Virus record (IMG/VR): IMGVR_UViG_3300027974_000025
Strand: one strand, 5' to 3'
DNA: 64,000 bases
Source of the DNA: a virus
Taxonomy: Duplodnaviria; Heunggongvirae; Uroviricota; Caudoviricetes
Numbering within the stretch: the first letter of the stretch is position 1; each line of letters begins with the position of its first letter. Below the pieces are notes generated by a model. That model did no database searches. It was not told the origin of the DNA and worked only from the letters and a program-made list of their open reading frames with translations. Below, piece after piece: positions 37,167 to 46,488 of this stretch. The translations under genes and the position numbers were made by a program.

Positions 37167-38327
37167 ATGGCGGACTTTTCACTAACCACCCTCTTTGTAG
37201 TACCAGTAGGAAACACATTACCTAGCTCTGGATCTACACAGAATTTAACAGCTGGACAAGTTGGTTTCTTTAGAAGTGACTACACTGTTGCCACAGCTGG
37301 TAACATCGCTGCTTCTCCTTATTTCTATGTTGCTCAAGGTAGAGTTAACACGTATTTACAAGGCTCTAAAAGATCTGACAAGATCAAAGGATGTCCTAGT
37401 GGATCTGGATGTACTTCAAATGTAACTGAATGGTACAAGTCTAATGGCTGTGCTACTCCAGTGAACCAAGTAACTGACGTAGTTGACTTCACAGTAAAAC
37501 CAGGTGAAATCATCACTTTAACTTTACGTGGTTTCTCTAGCTACTTGAACACATTGTACTTCAATGGTTTCACTCGTTCTGTAACAGTAAACGCTCCATG
37601 TTTAGAATGTGGTGGTGATCCTTGTACAGATGTAGATGTGCCTGCATTGATTGATGCTTTGATTCTTAAGTTAGAATCACATGCTCCTGGTGATAACCCA
37701 GACAACATCTATTTGACTCAGTTCTATCAATTCCAAAGATTGGGTAACAATCAAAGTGCGTTCTTACGTATTACTGGTAAGCCATTGACTGCTTACGGTC
37801 AGCCTTGTGATGTTGCTGCATTCCCTTTTGAGTATGACAGATTCTACTTCAGAACTTTCATCTTTGCTGGACCAGCTACAACTGCTGACTTCATTGTTGA
37901 TGATCCTTGTAACAGAGTGGCTGAACCAATCATTCGTCAAAGATCTAACTATGCTGTTGGTACTTCTGCTGAAGTTCAACAATTAGAGAAGAACTTCTAT
38001 AGCTACCAAGCTGGTTACTTAAAGCATTTATACAGAATGAATGGTTACAACGAGAACTTTGAGTCTTGGGTAACTGATGGTCAAATCTATGATTTGTACT
38101 ATATCAAATTCAATGAGTATGATAAGAGTGCTTACCAATGGGGTGACTATATTTACGAAGATGCAACTGTAATCATTGCTGTTCCTAGCAACCAAACAAC
38201 TGCTATCGAAGCTGTATTAGAAGCTGCTTTAGGAGCTGTTGCAGGTGACACAGCTTGTATCACTACAACTAGCACTACAACTACTGTATGGCCTTCTACA
38301 TCAACAACAACTACTTTGATCCCTTAA
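37167..38327 (+). CDS. second highly expressed structural protein (putative major tail or capsid-associated protein)
   Basis: 386 aa. It has the same CGT/GGT/GCT/ACT codon bias as the capsid gene. It has a Thr-rich C-terminus and a strong terminator immediately downstream. Confidence 0.45.
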   Translation: MADFSLTTLFVVPVGNTLPSSGSTQNLTAGQVGFFRSDYTVATAGNIAASPYFYVAQGRVNTYLQGSKRSDKIKGCPSGSGCTSNVTEWYKSNGCATPVNQVTDVVDFTVKPGEIITLTLRGFSSYLNTLYFNGFTRSVTVNAPCLECGGDPCTDVDVPALIDALILKLESHAPGDNPDNIYLTQFYQFQRLGNNQSAFLRITGKPLTAYGQPCDVAAFPFEYDRFYFRTFIFAGPATTADFIVDDPCNRVAEPIIRQRSNYAVGTSAEVQQLEKNFYSYQAGYLKHLYRMNGYNENFESWVTDGQIYDLYYIKFNEYDKSAYQWGDYIYEDATVIIAVPSNQTTAIEAVLEAALGAVAGDTACITTTSTTTTVWPSTSTTTTLIP

Positions 38328-38354
38328 GAAAAAGGTAGCATCATATTAACCTAT

Positions 38355-38407
38355 GCCAGAGGGTGAGAGGATTAATTCTCAAATCCTCTGGCATTATTAT
38401 TTTAAAT
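38355..38407 (+). terminator. rho-independent terminator
   Basis: Perfect 8-bp stem gccagagg(38355-38362)/cctctggc(38385-38392) followed by attattattttaaat. Confidence 0.55.
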
Positions 38408-38410
38408 AAC

Positions 38411-38968
38411 ATGGTCTTAGATATACTAGTAATACCAACTTACAACACTCTCACTTTAGGTGTTGCGGATGCATCAACATATGATACTAATCCTCCTGTT
38501 GTAACTGCCCCTACAATAGAAATCACTGTTCCTAACTTTGGGGTGGTTTCTTTACCTTTTGTTCCTAATGATTTTAATATATTCAATTCTACATCTTTAG
38601 GACTATCTGCTGTTGGTGAGCCTTTGATTCCTTTACCAGATGGTATTTACTATTTAAAATATACAGTTGCTCCTGCTCTAACATATAATGTAGAAAAGAA
38701 CATTATGCGTACTGAATTGATACAAGAGAAGTTTGATAATGCATTTATGAAACTTGACCTAATGGAATGTGATCTTGCTATTAAAACACAAGCAAAGGTA
38801 AACTTAAATAGTATTTACTACATGATTTCAGGATCAATAGCTGCTGCAAACAACTGTGCTATAGATACAGCAAACAGATTATACATCCAAGCAGATCGTA
38901 TGTTAAATAACTTTATTAGAAATAACTGTGGATGCACAGGAAATAATTATATTATAAATTTTTATTAA
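38411..38968 (+). CDS. virion structural protein (hypothetical). The start was moved to the ATG after the terminator.
   Basis: The ORF is in frame with track ORF 38363..38968. The upstream part of that ORF overlaps the terminator hairpin. Confidence 0.4.
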   Translation: MVLDILVIPTYNTLTLGVADASTYDTNPPVVTAPTIEITVPNFGVVSLPFVPNDFNIFNSTSLGLSAVGEPLIPLPDGIYYLKYTVAPALTYNVEKNIMRTELIQEKFDNAFMKLDLMECDLAIKTQAKVNLNSIYYMISGSIAAANNCAIDTANRLYIQADRMLNNFIRNNCGCTGNNYIINFY

Positions 38969-38969
38969 G

Positions 38970-39104
38970 ATGGCAAACTGTAGAAATTGTGGAATTAAAG
39001 TTGGCTGTGGATGTCAATTGATTAATGGCTTATGTTCAGCATGTAATCATGCTGCTCAACAAGCTGCAAAACTTATTAAATATGCTGCAGCCAAGATTAA
39101 CTAA
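38970..39104 (+). CDS. small Cys-rich peptide (44 aa)
   Basis: MANCRNCGIKVGCGCQLINGLCSACNHAAQQAAKLIKYAAAKIN. It is below the ORF-track threshold. Its start lies 1 nt after the preceding stop. Confidence 0.3.
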   Translation: MANCRNCGIKVGCGCQLINGLCSACNHAAQQAAKLIKYAAAKIN

Positions 39105-39348
39105 TTGTATAGAATGTGCTAGCATTCCTGTTTTACTTACTGATATTGATTGTAAGCTTACAGATCTAGCTAAACAAGAATACAACAATATCATCTTCTC
39201 TATGACTAACTATCTACCTGGTCCTGTGATTGGTGATCTTCTGAATTACAAAAGAATATTAACCTATAAATATTGTAATCCAGATTATGCTATAAGATTC
39301 ACTGTGTCCCAAATAGCTAGCAGAGTTAAAGTGTTAATTCATAAATAA
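39082..39348 (+). CDS. hypothetical protein (start uncertain)
   Basis: This is the internal-ATG version of track ORF 39025..39348. The longest start would overlap the small Cys peptide ORF. Confidence 0.25.
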   Translation: MLQPRLTNCIECASIPVLLTDIDCKLTDLAKQEYNNIIFSMTNYLPGPVIGDLLNYKRILTYKYCNPDYAIRFTVSQIASRVKVLIHK

Positions 39349-39355
39349 ATTAAAA

Positions 39356-40486
39356 ATGTCTTGTTCAAATTGCCCTCCTGAATCTTGTTATAATGGATGC
39401 GTACAAGTTGTATCTGATCAATGTGTTAGATATACAGGTCTTGATAGCATACCTTTAGATATAACATCTGGAGATAATCTTCAATTAGTTATAGAAAATA
39501 TAATCGATAATCTAGTTCCTTTATTAAGTGGAACAGGTGATAAAATTACTATTGCATCAGTTATACGTTGTGCAATTGTAAATGGTTATTTACCTGCTCC
39601 TGTAGGTACAAATCAGTGGACTTCTGAACAATTATTCCAAACATTAGTTGAAGTAGTTTGTGATTTACAAACTCAAATTGATGCAATTGCTGCTGAAATA
39701 GCTATATTAAATGCTAACTATACAATTGGTTGTTTAACAGGAGTAACATCTAGCTCAGATACACATGCTATTGTCCAAGCTATTATAAATAAACTTTGTA
39801 CAACAGTGGCTGACCTAGCTGCTCTTGAACTTGATGTAGATACAAACTATGTTAAGCTTGCAGACTTAGACGCTTTGATAGCAGCTTATATAGCTAGTCA
39901 AGGTGGTGGTAATTCTAACCAACAGTATTTAAAAATGGTTCCTTATGTAGCATATGAATACTATGGAACATTAGCTAACTTTGATGGATCAGGTATTGGC
40001 ATCCCAGCAAATGGTTTCTTCAAAGTGTATTTGTGTAATGGATTAAATGGCACTCCTGATAAAAGAGGACGTGTAGGAGTGGGTGCTGTTGATAATGTTC
40101 CTGGTGGTCCTTTAGATGCTGCTGTAGATCCTACTACTGCTGGTAACCCAAACTATGGTCTTTACACCACAGCAGGAGCAAACACTGTAGTTTTAACTAC
40201 ACCACAACTACCTGCTCACTCGCACGTAGCTTTGGCAAATACAACTGTTACATTAAATGACCCAGGTCATACACATGCCATTGGACAAAGTGGTGTAACT
40301 GGTGGAGGTGGAACAATTGCTGTTGGTAACACATCACCTAAAAATATTCAAGCTGTAACTAGCACAACAGGCATTACAGTGGATTCTACAAATACAGATG
40401 TAACAATACAAAGTACAGGCAGTGGTTCAGCACATGCAAATATTCAGCCTGTCATAGGTGCGTATTACATCATGTATATTCCTTAA
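39356..40486 (+). CDS. tail fibre protein with H-x-H motifs
   Basis: 376 aa. The N-terminal MSCSNCPPESCYNGCVQVVSDQCVRYTGLDSIPLDI is paralogous to the N-terminus of the next (giant) fibre. The C-terminal region carries AHSHVA, GHTHAIG and SAHAN, which resemble phage distal-fibre metal-binding repeats. Confidence 0.55.
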   Translation: MSCSNCPPESCYNGCVQVVSDQCVRYTGLDSIPLDITSGDNLQLVIENIIDNLVPLLSGTGDKITIASVIRCAIVNGYLPAPVGTNQWTSEQLFQTLVEVVCDLQTQIDAIAAEIAILNANYTIGCLTGVTSSSDTHAIVQAIINKLCTTVADLAALELDVDTNYVKLADLDALIAAYIASQGGGNSNQQYLKMVPYVAYEYYGTLANFDGSGIGIPANGFFKVYLCNGLNGTPDKRGRVGVGAVDNVPGGPLDAAVDPTTAGNPNYGLYTTAGANTVVLTTPQLPAHSHVALANTTVTLNDPGHTHAIGQSGVTGGGGTIAVGNTSPKNIQAVTSTTGITVDSTNTDVTIQSTGSGSAHANIQPVIGAYYIMYIP

Positions 40487-40506
40487 TATATTTAAACCAA
40501 TAATAG

Positions 40507-43500
40507 ATGTCTTGTTTACCAGGAATGAACTGTGGAGGATATCAGTCAAATGATTGCTGTCCAGAAGTTAATTCAAATTGCGTAGATTATAGCGGACCCA
40601 ATTTACCTTGCTCAGGTGTACAAACACATGACTGCCTAACAACTGTTATTGAAAAGATAGATGACAAGTTATGTAGAGTGGGTAATGGTACGTCTGGTAC
40701 TTCTGGTTCTTCAGGTTCAACTTATGGAACAGCAGGAACTACAGGTACATCTGGTCGTGATGGTACAAGTGGTACTAGTGGAACTAGTGGCTCTACAGGT
40801 ACAACAGGAACAAGTGGTAGATCTGGTACCTCAGGAACTACAGGCACATCAGGTGGATCTGGTACTTCAGGAACTTCTGCAACAAGTGGATCTAGTGGTA
40901 GAAATGGATCAAGTGGTACGTCTGGTACAAATGGATCATCTGGTACTGCTGGAACTAGTGGAAGAGCTGGTACTACTGGTACAAGTGGTTCATCTGGTAC
41001 AACAGGAACAAGTGGATCAAGCGGTACAACTGGAACCTCTGGTACAACAGGTACAGACGGTTCTTCAGGAACATCAGGTTCTAGTGCTTCTTCAGGCACA
41101 TCAGGAACAACTGGTACAGATGGTTCATCTGGTACAACAGGTTCTTCTGGTATTTCAGGTGACAGATATTTTACTACATCTGCAGATTCACATACATTAG
41201 GTACTGCAGGAACTCTCACTGTAGGAACAAACTTAGCCTACACTCCTGGTCAATCAATTATTATTGCTCATAGTGCCACTGAATATCAAGTGAGCACATT
41301 ACTAACATATAATGCTGGTACAGGTGCCATGTCTTTTAGTGCACCTTCTACAACAGTAGGTTCTGGTACATTTACTGCGTGGAATGTAAATTTACAGGGA
41401 GCTGCAGGTGGTGATGGATCTAGTGGTACATCTGGCTCTGCTGGTACATCAGCATCTTCAGGAACAAGTGGTTCTACAGGTACAAGTGGAACTAGTGGTT
41501 CTACTGGTACTAGTGGTACATCTGGTACTTCTGGATCTAGTGGAACAACAGGAACCTCAGGAACAAATGGAACATCTGGTTCTACAGGAACTTCTGGCAC
41601 AAGTGGGACATCTGGTTCTTCAGGCACAACTGGTACAAGTGGAACATCTGGCACTTCTGGCTCAACTGGTACAACTGGTACATCTGGTACAGCAGGAACA
41701 TCTGGAACTAGTGGTTCTACAGGAACAACTGGTACAAGTGGTACTAATGGTACTTCAGGAACATCAGGCTCAACTGGAACCACTGGTACAAGTGGTACAT
41801 CAGGGTCAACTGGTACAACTGGAACAAGTGGTACTAATGGAACAAGTGGTACTAGTGGTTCTAGTGGTTCTAGTGGAACATCTGGCACATCTGGAACAAG
41901 TGGTAGTACAGGAACTACAGGTACCTCAGGTACAACTGGTACAAGTGGAACTAGCGGTTCTACAGGTACAAGTGGTACTTCAGGTACAAGTGGTTCTACA
42001 GGTACAAGTGGTTCTACAGGAACATCAGGAACAAGTGGTACAACTGGAACTAGTGGTACAAATGGTACTAGTGGAAGTAGTGGTACAGCAGGTACAAATG
42101 GTACTAGTGGATCAACAGGAACTTCTGGAACATCTGGTTCTACAGGAACTTCTGCTAGTTCAGGACAATCTGGTACATCAGGTAGTTCTGGTACATCTGG
42201 TACAGCAGGTACATCAGGATCTGTAGGTACATCAGGTACAACTGGAACTAGTGGAACCTCAGGTACAAGTGGTTCAACAGGATCTTCAGGCACATCAGCT
42301 TCTTCAGGTACATCAGCTTCTAGTGGTTCTAGTGGATCTTCTGGAACTAGTGGGACATCAGGTACTAGTGGTACAACTGGTTCAAGTGGAACAACAGGTA
42401 CTTCTGGTACATCAGGTACAAGTGGTTCAACAGGTACCTCAGGTACAACTGGTACAAGTGGTACATCTGGAATAAATGGTACTGCTGGAACTTCTGGTAC
42501 TAATGGATCTAGTGGTACATCAGGTATCTCTGGTAATATATATGCAACAACATCTTCTACTAACCTAACAATAGGTACAGGTACTAAAAACCTTACTGTT
42601 GCAACAGGTTTATCTTATACGGTTGGACAAAGTGCTATTATAGCAAATAGTGTAGGTAATGACATGACTGGCCCTGTTATTTCATATAACAGCGGAACAG
42701 GTGCCCTATCTGTAAATGTATTAACTACTAATGGTAGTGGTACATATTCTACATGGAGTGTTAACTTGGCTGGTGCCTCTGGTGGTACTGGTTCTTCTGG
42801 AACTTCTGGATCTTCTGGTTCTACAGGAACTAGTGGTACTTCTGGATCAACAGGAACCTCTGGTACAAGTGGAACTAGTGGTACATCAGGGTCAACTGGT
42901 ACAACTGGAACTAGTGGTACTTCAGGTACTAGTGGTACATCAGGATCAACTGGAACATCAGGAACTTCTGGTACTAGTGGTTCTACTGGTACATCTGGAC
43001 TTACTGGAACTGCAGGTACAAGTGCTTCAGCAGGAACTAGTGGATCAAATGGATCTTCTGGTTCTTCTGGTACAACTGGAACCTCAGGGACAAGTGCTTC
43101 TTCTGGATCAAGTGGTACAGCAGGAACTTCTGCTTCTTCTGGTACTTCTGGATCTAGTGGTTCATCTGGTTCATCTGGAACAACTGGTACTACAGGAACT
43201 AGTGGAATTAATGGAACAAGAGGAACAAGTGGAACTACAGGTACCTCAGGTACAACTGGTACAAGTGGTTCAACAGGAACAACAGGTACCAGTGGAACTA
43301 GTGGTATAAATGGAACTAATGGTATTAATGGAACAAGTGGAACCTCTGGTACAAATGGTACTAGTGGTACAGCTGGTACTAATGGAAGTAGTGGAACAAA
43401 TGGTACTAGTGGAATAAATGGAACAAGTGGTACAACTGGAACTAGTGGTACAACAGGTACCAGTGGAACAAGTGGATCTAGTGGTACAGTTGGTACAAGT

Positions 43501-46488
43501 GGTACAGTTGGTACAAGTGGAACTAATGGTTCTAACGGAACATCTGGAACAACAGGTACTAGTGGTACAAGTGGTACAAATGGTTCTAATGGAACATCTG
43601 GTACTAGTGGTACAAATGGTACAAGCGGAACAAATGGTTCAAGTGGTACATCTGGAGTTAATGGTACATCAGGAACAGCAGGTTCTAGTGGTACATCTGG
43701 AACAAGTGGTTTTAATGGAACATCTGGTACAACAGGTACCTCTGGAACAACTGGAACAACTGGTACTAGTGGAACAAGTGGAACAAATGGTTCTAATGGT
43801 ACAACAGGTACTAGTGGTACCGTTGGTACAAGTGGAACATCTGGCACTAGTGGATTTGGTACATCAGGTACAAGTGCCTCTTCTGGTACAGCAGGAGTAA
43901 GTGGAGATAGATATCAAACAACTTCCACTAGTGCATTCACTCTTGGTAACAATGGTACTATAACAGTGGGAACAGGACTTGCTTATACAGCAGCTCAGGT
44001 TATTCGTATTGTATATGATGCCACTCGCTATCAAGATTCTTTAGTTATATCATATAATAGTGCAACTGGTTCATTATCTTTTGATACTCCTACCCTTACA
44101 GTTGGATCAGGAACATTTAGTTCTTGGACAGTTAACTTAGCTGGAGCTAGTGGTGGTAATGGTTCTAGTGGTGTAAGTGGTACAGCAGGTACTTCTGGTG
44201 CTAGAGGTACAAGTGGTACAGCTGGTACATCTGGTACATCTGGAACTAGTGGTTCATCAGGAACAACAGGTACAGCTGGTACTAGTGGATTTGGAACAAG
44301 TGGGACATCAGGAACATCTGGTACAAATGGATCAAATGGATCTAGTGGAACTGCTGGTACGTCTGGTACTAGTGGAACTAATGGTTCTAGTGGCACATCT
44401 GGTACTTCTGGATCTTCTGGTACAAGTGGTACAGCAGGAACTAGTGGATCTAATGGATCTAGTGGTACTTCAGCTTCTTCAGGTACAGCAGGTACAAGTG
44501 GTACTTCTGCTTCTAGTGGTACATCAGGTACAAATGGATCAAGTGGAACTGCAGGTATAAGTGGAATATCTGGAACTAGTGGTACATCTGCATCTTCAGG
44601 TACATCTGGAGCAAATGGTCCAACTGGTGCAACTGGTACCAATGGTACATCAGGACTAACTGGAGCAAGTGGTTCAAGTGGAACATCTGGATTAACTGGT
44701 GCTAGTGGTTCTTCTGGTACATCAGGTGCAAATGGTGGCACTGGATCAAGTGGAACATCAGGTGCAACTGGAGCATCAGGTACTAGTGGTAGTTCAGGTT
44801 CTAGTGGTACTTCAGGAGAGAGTCCATCAATAAGTGGATTATTACCTTTGGCTGGAGGCACAATGACAGGTCAAATTGTTCTCAGTAAATCTACATCAGT
44901 GTCTGATTATTCTAATGGTATAAGATTCCCTAATGATCCATTTGGTGGATCTGGAGATACAAGTGGTTTTAGAATATATGCTTCATCAGGCGAAGCACAA
45001 GTGGTAGAAATATATGTTAAGAATGATGCTGATGATATAATTAATTTCTCAGCACCTTCTAATAATGGTGTAACAATAAATAATAGTGTTATTTGGAATA
45101 CAGCTAATTTAGCAAATGTAAGTCAACTATCTAATGATGCTGGATATATTACAGCTTCTGGAAGTATTACAGGTTCTGCTAGAAGTTTAGATAGTAGTAA
45201 CTATATTAATAGAACAGGATCTTCAGGTAATTACAATATAGACTTCCAAAACACACCAGCTGGTACTTACAGATATCAAGGAGATGATGCATCTGCAACT
45301 AATAATCCAGGTGGTACTTGGTGGATGGTAGAAAACATGCGTCACTCAAATGGTAGTAACTATTGGGGTACACAAATTGCATGGGGCTGGGAAGATAATG
45401 CTAATAGACTAGCTACAAGAAATATTTCTGGAGGAACCTTTAGTTCATGGGTTTATTATCTAAATAGTTCTAATTTCACTAGCTATGCTCCATCTTTAAC
45501 AGGAGCAGGAGCTTCTGGTAGTTGGGGTATTAGTGTTACAGGTAGTGCTGGTTCATTATCTAACACCAACATATCTCAGTTCACAAATGATTCAGGTTAT
45601 ATAACAATAGCAGCATTGTCCTCATACCTTCCTTTAACAGGAGGTACAATGTCTGGTGCAATATTATTTGCTAATAATATAGGTACTGCTTTACAAGGTA
45701 CTATGGCTGATAATGATTTTTGGAGAATATTAGGAGGCAATACAGGAAGCAACAATGGTTATTTAGAAATAGCTACAGCAGATGATGGAACAGAGCCTAT
45801 CTACTTCAGACAATACACAGGAGTGTTTGGTTCTTTAGTTAGAACAGCTACAATATTAGATGGTTCAGGTAATACATTATTACCAGGTAATGTTGGAATT
45901 GGAACAAATCCAAACTACAAGCTCGATGTTAATGGTTCAACTTTCTTAGCAGGTTCTACTAAATTTATAGCAGGAGGTACTAACTATAATGAAAATATTA
46001 GATGTACAGCTTCGTCAAATGATTATTCCTCCATTATATTAGGAGCTGTAGCTGGTGATATAGGTACAGGAGTTGGACAATGGACTTTGGTAAGATGGCC
46101 ATCAGCAAATAGTTATAAATTTACTATTAGATATAATAATACTGATAGTCTTACTATAGATACATCTAATAACTTAACAATGTTAGGTAGTGTAACTGCT
46201 AGTTCTTTCTTTGAAGGTTCAGATATAAGATTTAAAAACGTATTAGAAACAAATCCAGATATCAAAGTATTAGGAATAGATGTAATTAAATTTACAAGAA
46301 CAGATGATGATACCAATGCAGTTAGGTATGGTTATTCAGCTCAACAAGTGCAAGAGGTAATACCAGAGGCAGTTGCAGGAGATGATAAATTATCTGTAAA
46401 CTATATGGATGTACATACATTAAAGATTGCAGCATTAGAAAAACGTATTGCAGAATTAGAAGCTAAATTGAATAAATATGGCATATAG
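40507..46488 (+). CDS. giant collagen-like tail fibre (1993 aa) with a C-terminal peptidase-S74 intramolecular chaperone domain
   Basis: After an N-terminal Cys-rich docking domain come about 1100 residues of uninterrupted Gly-X-Y triplets with X,Y almost only Thr/Ser/Ala/Asn (GTSGTSGSTGTTGTSG...). Three paralogous domains of about 85 aa are interspersed in the triplet region. The fibre-repeat motifs LPLAGGTMTGQIVL and LPLTGGTMSGAILF follow. The C-terminal GSDIRFKNVLE...YGYSAQQVQEVIPEAVAGDDKLSVNYMDVHTLKIAALEKRIAELEAKL matches the S74 chaperone signature (SDxRxK...). Confidence 0.8.
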   Translation: MSCLPGMNCGGYQSNDCCPEVNSNCVDYSGPNLPCSGVQTHDCLTTVIEKIDDKLCRVGNGTSGTSGSSGSTYGTAGTTGTSGRDGTSGTSGTSGSTGTTGTSGRSGTSGTTGTSGGSGTSGTSATSGSSGRNGSSGTSGTNGSSGTAGTSGRAGTTGTSGSSGTTGTSGSSGTTGTSGTTGTDGSSGTSGSSASSGTSGTTGTDGSSGTTGSSGISGDRYFTTSADSHTLGTAGTLTVGTNLAYTPGQSIIIAHSATEYQVSTLLTYNAGTGAMSFSAPSTTVGSGTFTAWNVNLQGAAGGDGSSGTSGSAGTSASSGTSGSTGTSGTSGSTGTSGTSGTSGSSGTTGTSGTNGTSGSTGTSGTSGTSGSSGTTGTSGTSGTSGSTGTTGTSGTAGTSGTSGSTGTTGTSGTNGTSGTSGSTGTTGTSGTSGSTGTTGTSGTNGTSGTSGSSGSSGTSGTSGTSGSTGTTGTSGTTGTSGTSGSTGTSGTSGTSGSTGTSGSTGTSGTSGTTGTSGTNGTSGSSGTAGTNGTSGSTGTSGTSGSTGTSASSGQSGTSGSSGTSGTAGTSGSVGTSGTTGTSGTSGTSGSTGSSGTSASSGTSASSGSSGSSGTSGTSGTSGTTGSSGTTGTSGTSGTSGSTGTSGTTGTSGTSGINGTAGTSGTNGSSGTSGISGNIYATTSSTNLTIGTGTKNLTVATGLSYTVGQSAIIANSVGNDMTGPVISYNSGTGALSVNVLTTNGSGTYSTWSVNLAGASGGTGSSGTSGSSGSTGTSGTSGSTGTSGTSGTSGTSGSTGTTGTSGTSGTSGTSGSTGTSGTSGTSGSTGTSGLTGTAGTSASAGTSGSNGSSGSSGTTGTSGTSASSGSSGTAGTSASSGTSGSSGSSGSSGTTGTTGTSGINGTRGTSGTTGTSGTTGTSGSTGTTGTSGTSGINGTNGINGTSGTSGTNGTSGTAGTNGSSGTNGTSGINGTSGTTGTSGTTGTSGTSGSSGTVGTSGTVGTSGTNGSNGTSGTTGTSGTSGTNGSNGTSGTSGTNGTSGTNGSSGTSGVNGTSGTAGSSGTSGTSGFNGTSGTTGTSGTTGTTGTSGTSGTNGSNGTTGTSGTVGTSGTSGTSGFGTSGTSASSGTAGVSGDRYQTTSTSAFTLGNNGTITVGTGLAYTAAQVIRIVYDATRYQDSLVISYNSATGSLSFDTPTLTVGSGTFSSWTVNLAGASGGNGSSGVSGTAGTSGARGTSGTAGTSGTSGTSGSSGTTGTAGTSGFGTSGTSGTSGTNGSNGSSGTAGTSGTSGTNGSSGTSGTSGSSGTSGTAGTSGSNGSSGTSASSGTAGTSGTSASSGTSGTNGSSGTAGISGISGTSGTSASSGTSGANGPTGATGTNGTSGLTGASGSSGTSGLTGASGSSGTSGANGGTGSSGTSGATGASGTSGSSGSSGTSGESPSISGLLPLAGGTMTGQIVLSKSTSVSDYSNGIRFPNDPFGGSGDTSGFRIYASSGEAQVVEIYVKNDADDIINFSAPSNNGVTINNSVIWNTANLANVSQLSNDAGYITASGSITGSARSLDSSNYINRTGSSGNYNIDFQNTPAGTYRYQGDDASATNNPGGTWWMVENMRHSNGSNYWGTQIAWGWEDNANRLATRNISGGTFSSWVYYLNSSNFTSYAPSLTGAGASGSWGISVTGSAGSLSNTNISQFTNDSGYITIAALSSYLPLTGGTMSGAILFANNIGTALQGTMADNDFWRILGGNTGSNNGYLEIATADDGTEPIYFRQYTGVFGSLVRTATILDGSGNTLLPGNVGIGTNPNYKLDVNGSTFLAGSTKFIAGGTNYNENIRCTASSNDYSSIILGAVAGDIGTGVGQWTLVRWPSANSYKFTIRYNNTDSLTIDTSNNLTMLGSVTASSFFEGSDIRFKNVLETNPDIKVLGIDVIKFTRTDDDTNAVRYGYSAQQVQEVIPEAVAGDDKLSVNYMDVHTLKIAALEKRIAELEAKLNKYGI
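40684..44822 (+). repeat. low-complexity triplet-periodic DNA (GGW-ACW-WSW) encoding the collagen-like region, in four blocks
   Basis: Blocks at about 40684-41157, 41416-42531, 42791-43892 and 44161-44822. They are separated by the three domains of about 255 nt. The region generates many spurious antisense ORFs. Confidence 0.8.

Noticed and set aside
40661-44861. Ten long ORFs in other frames and on the opposite strand within 40.6-44.9 kb. They encode PVVP/EPLVP-type or LVQ-type low-complexity proteins (for example 41286..42293 minus, 42615..43847 minus, 44031..44861 minus, 41408..42226 plus).
   Set aside because: They are artefacts of the triplet-periodic GGT-ACW-AGT DNA that encodes the collagen-like fibre. 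They have no independent starts or signals and are fully nested in the 1993-aa gene.
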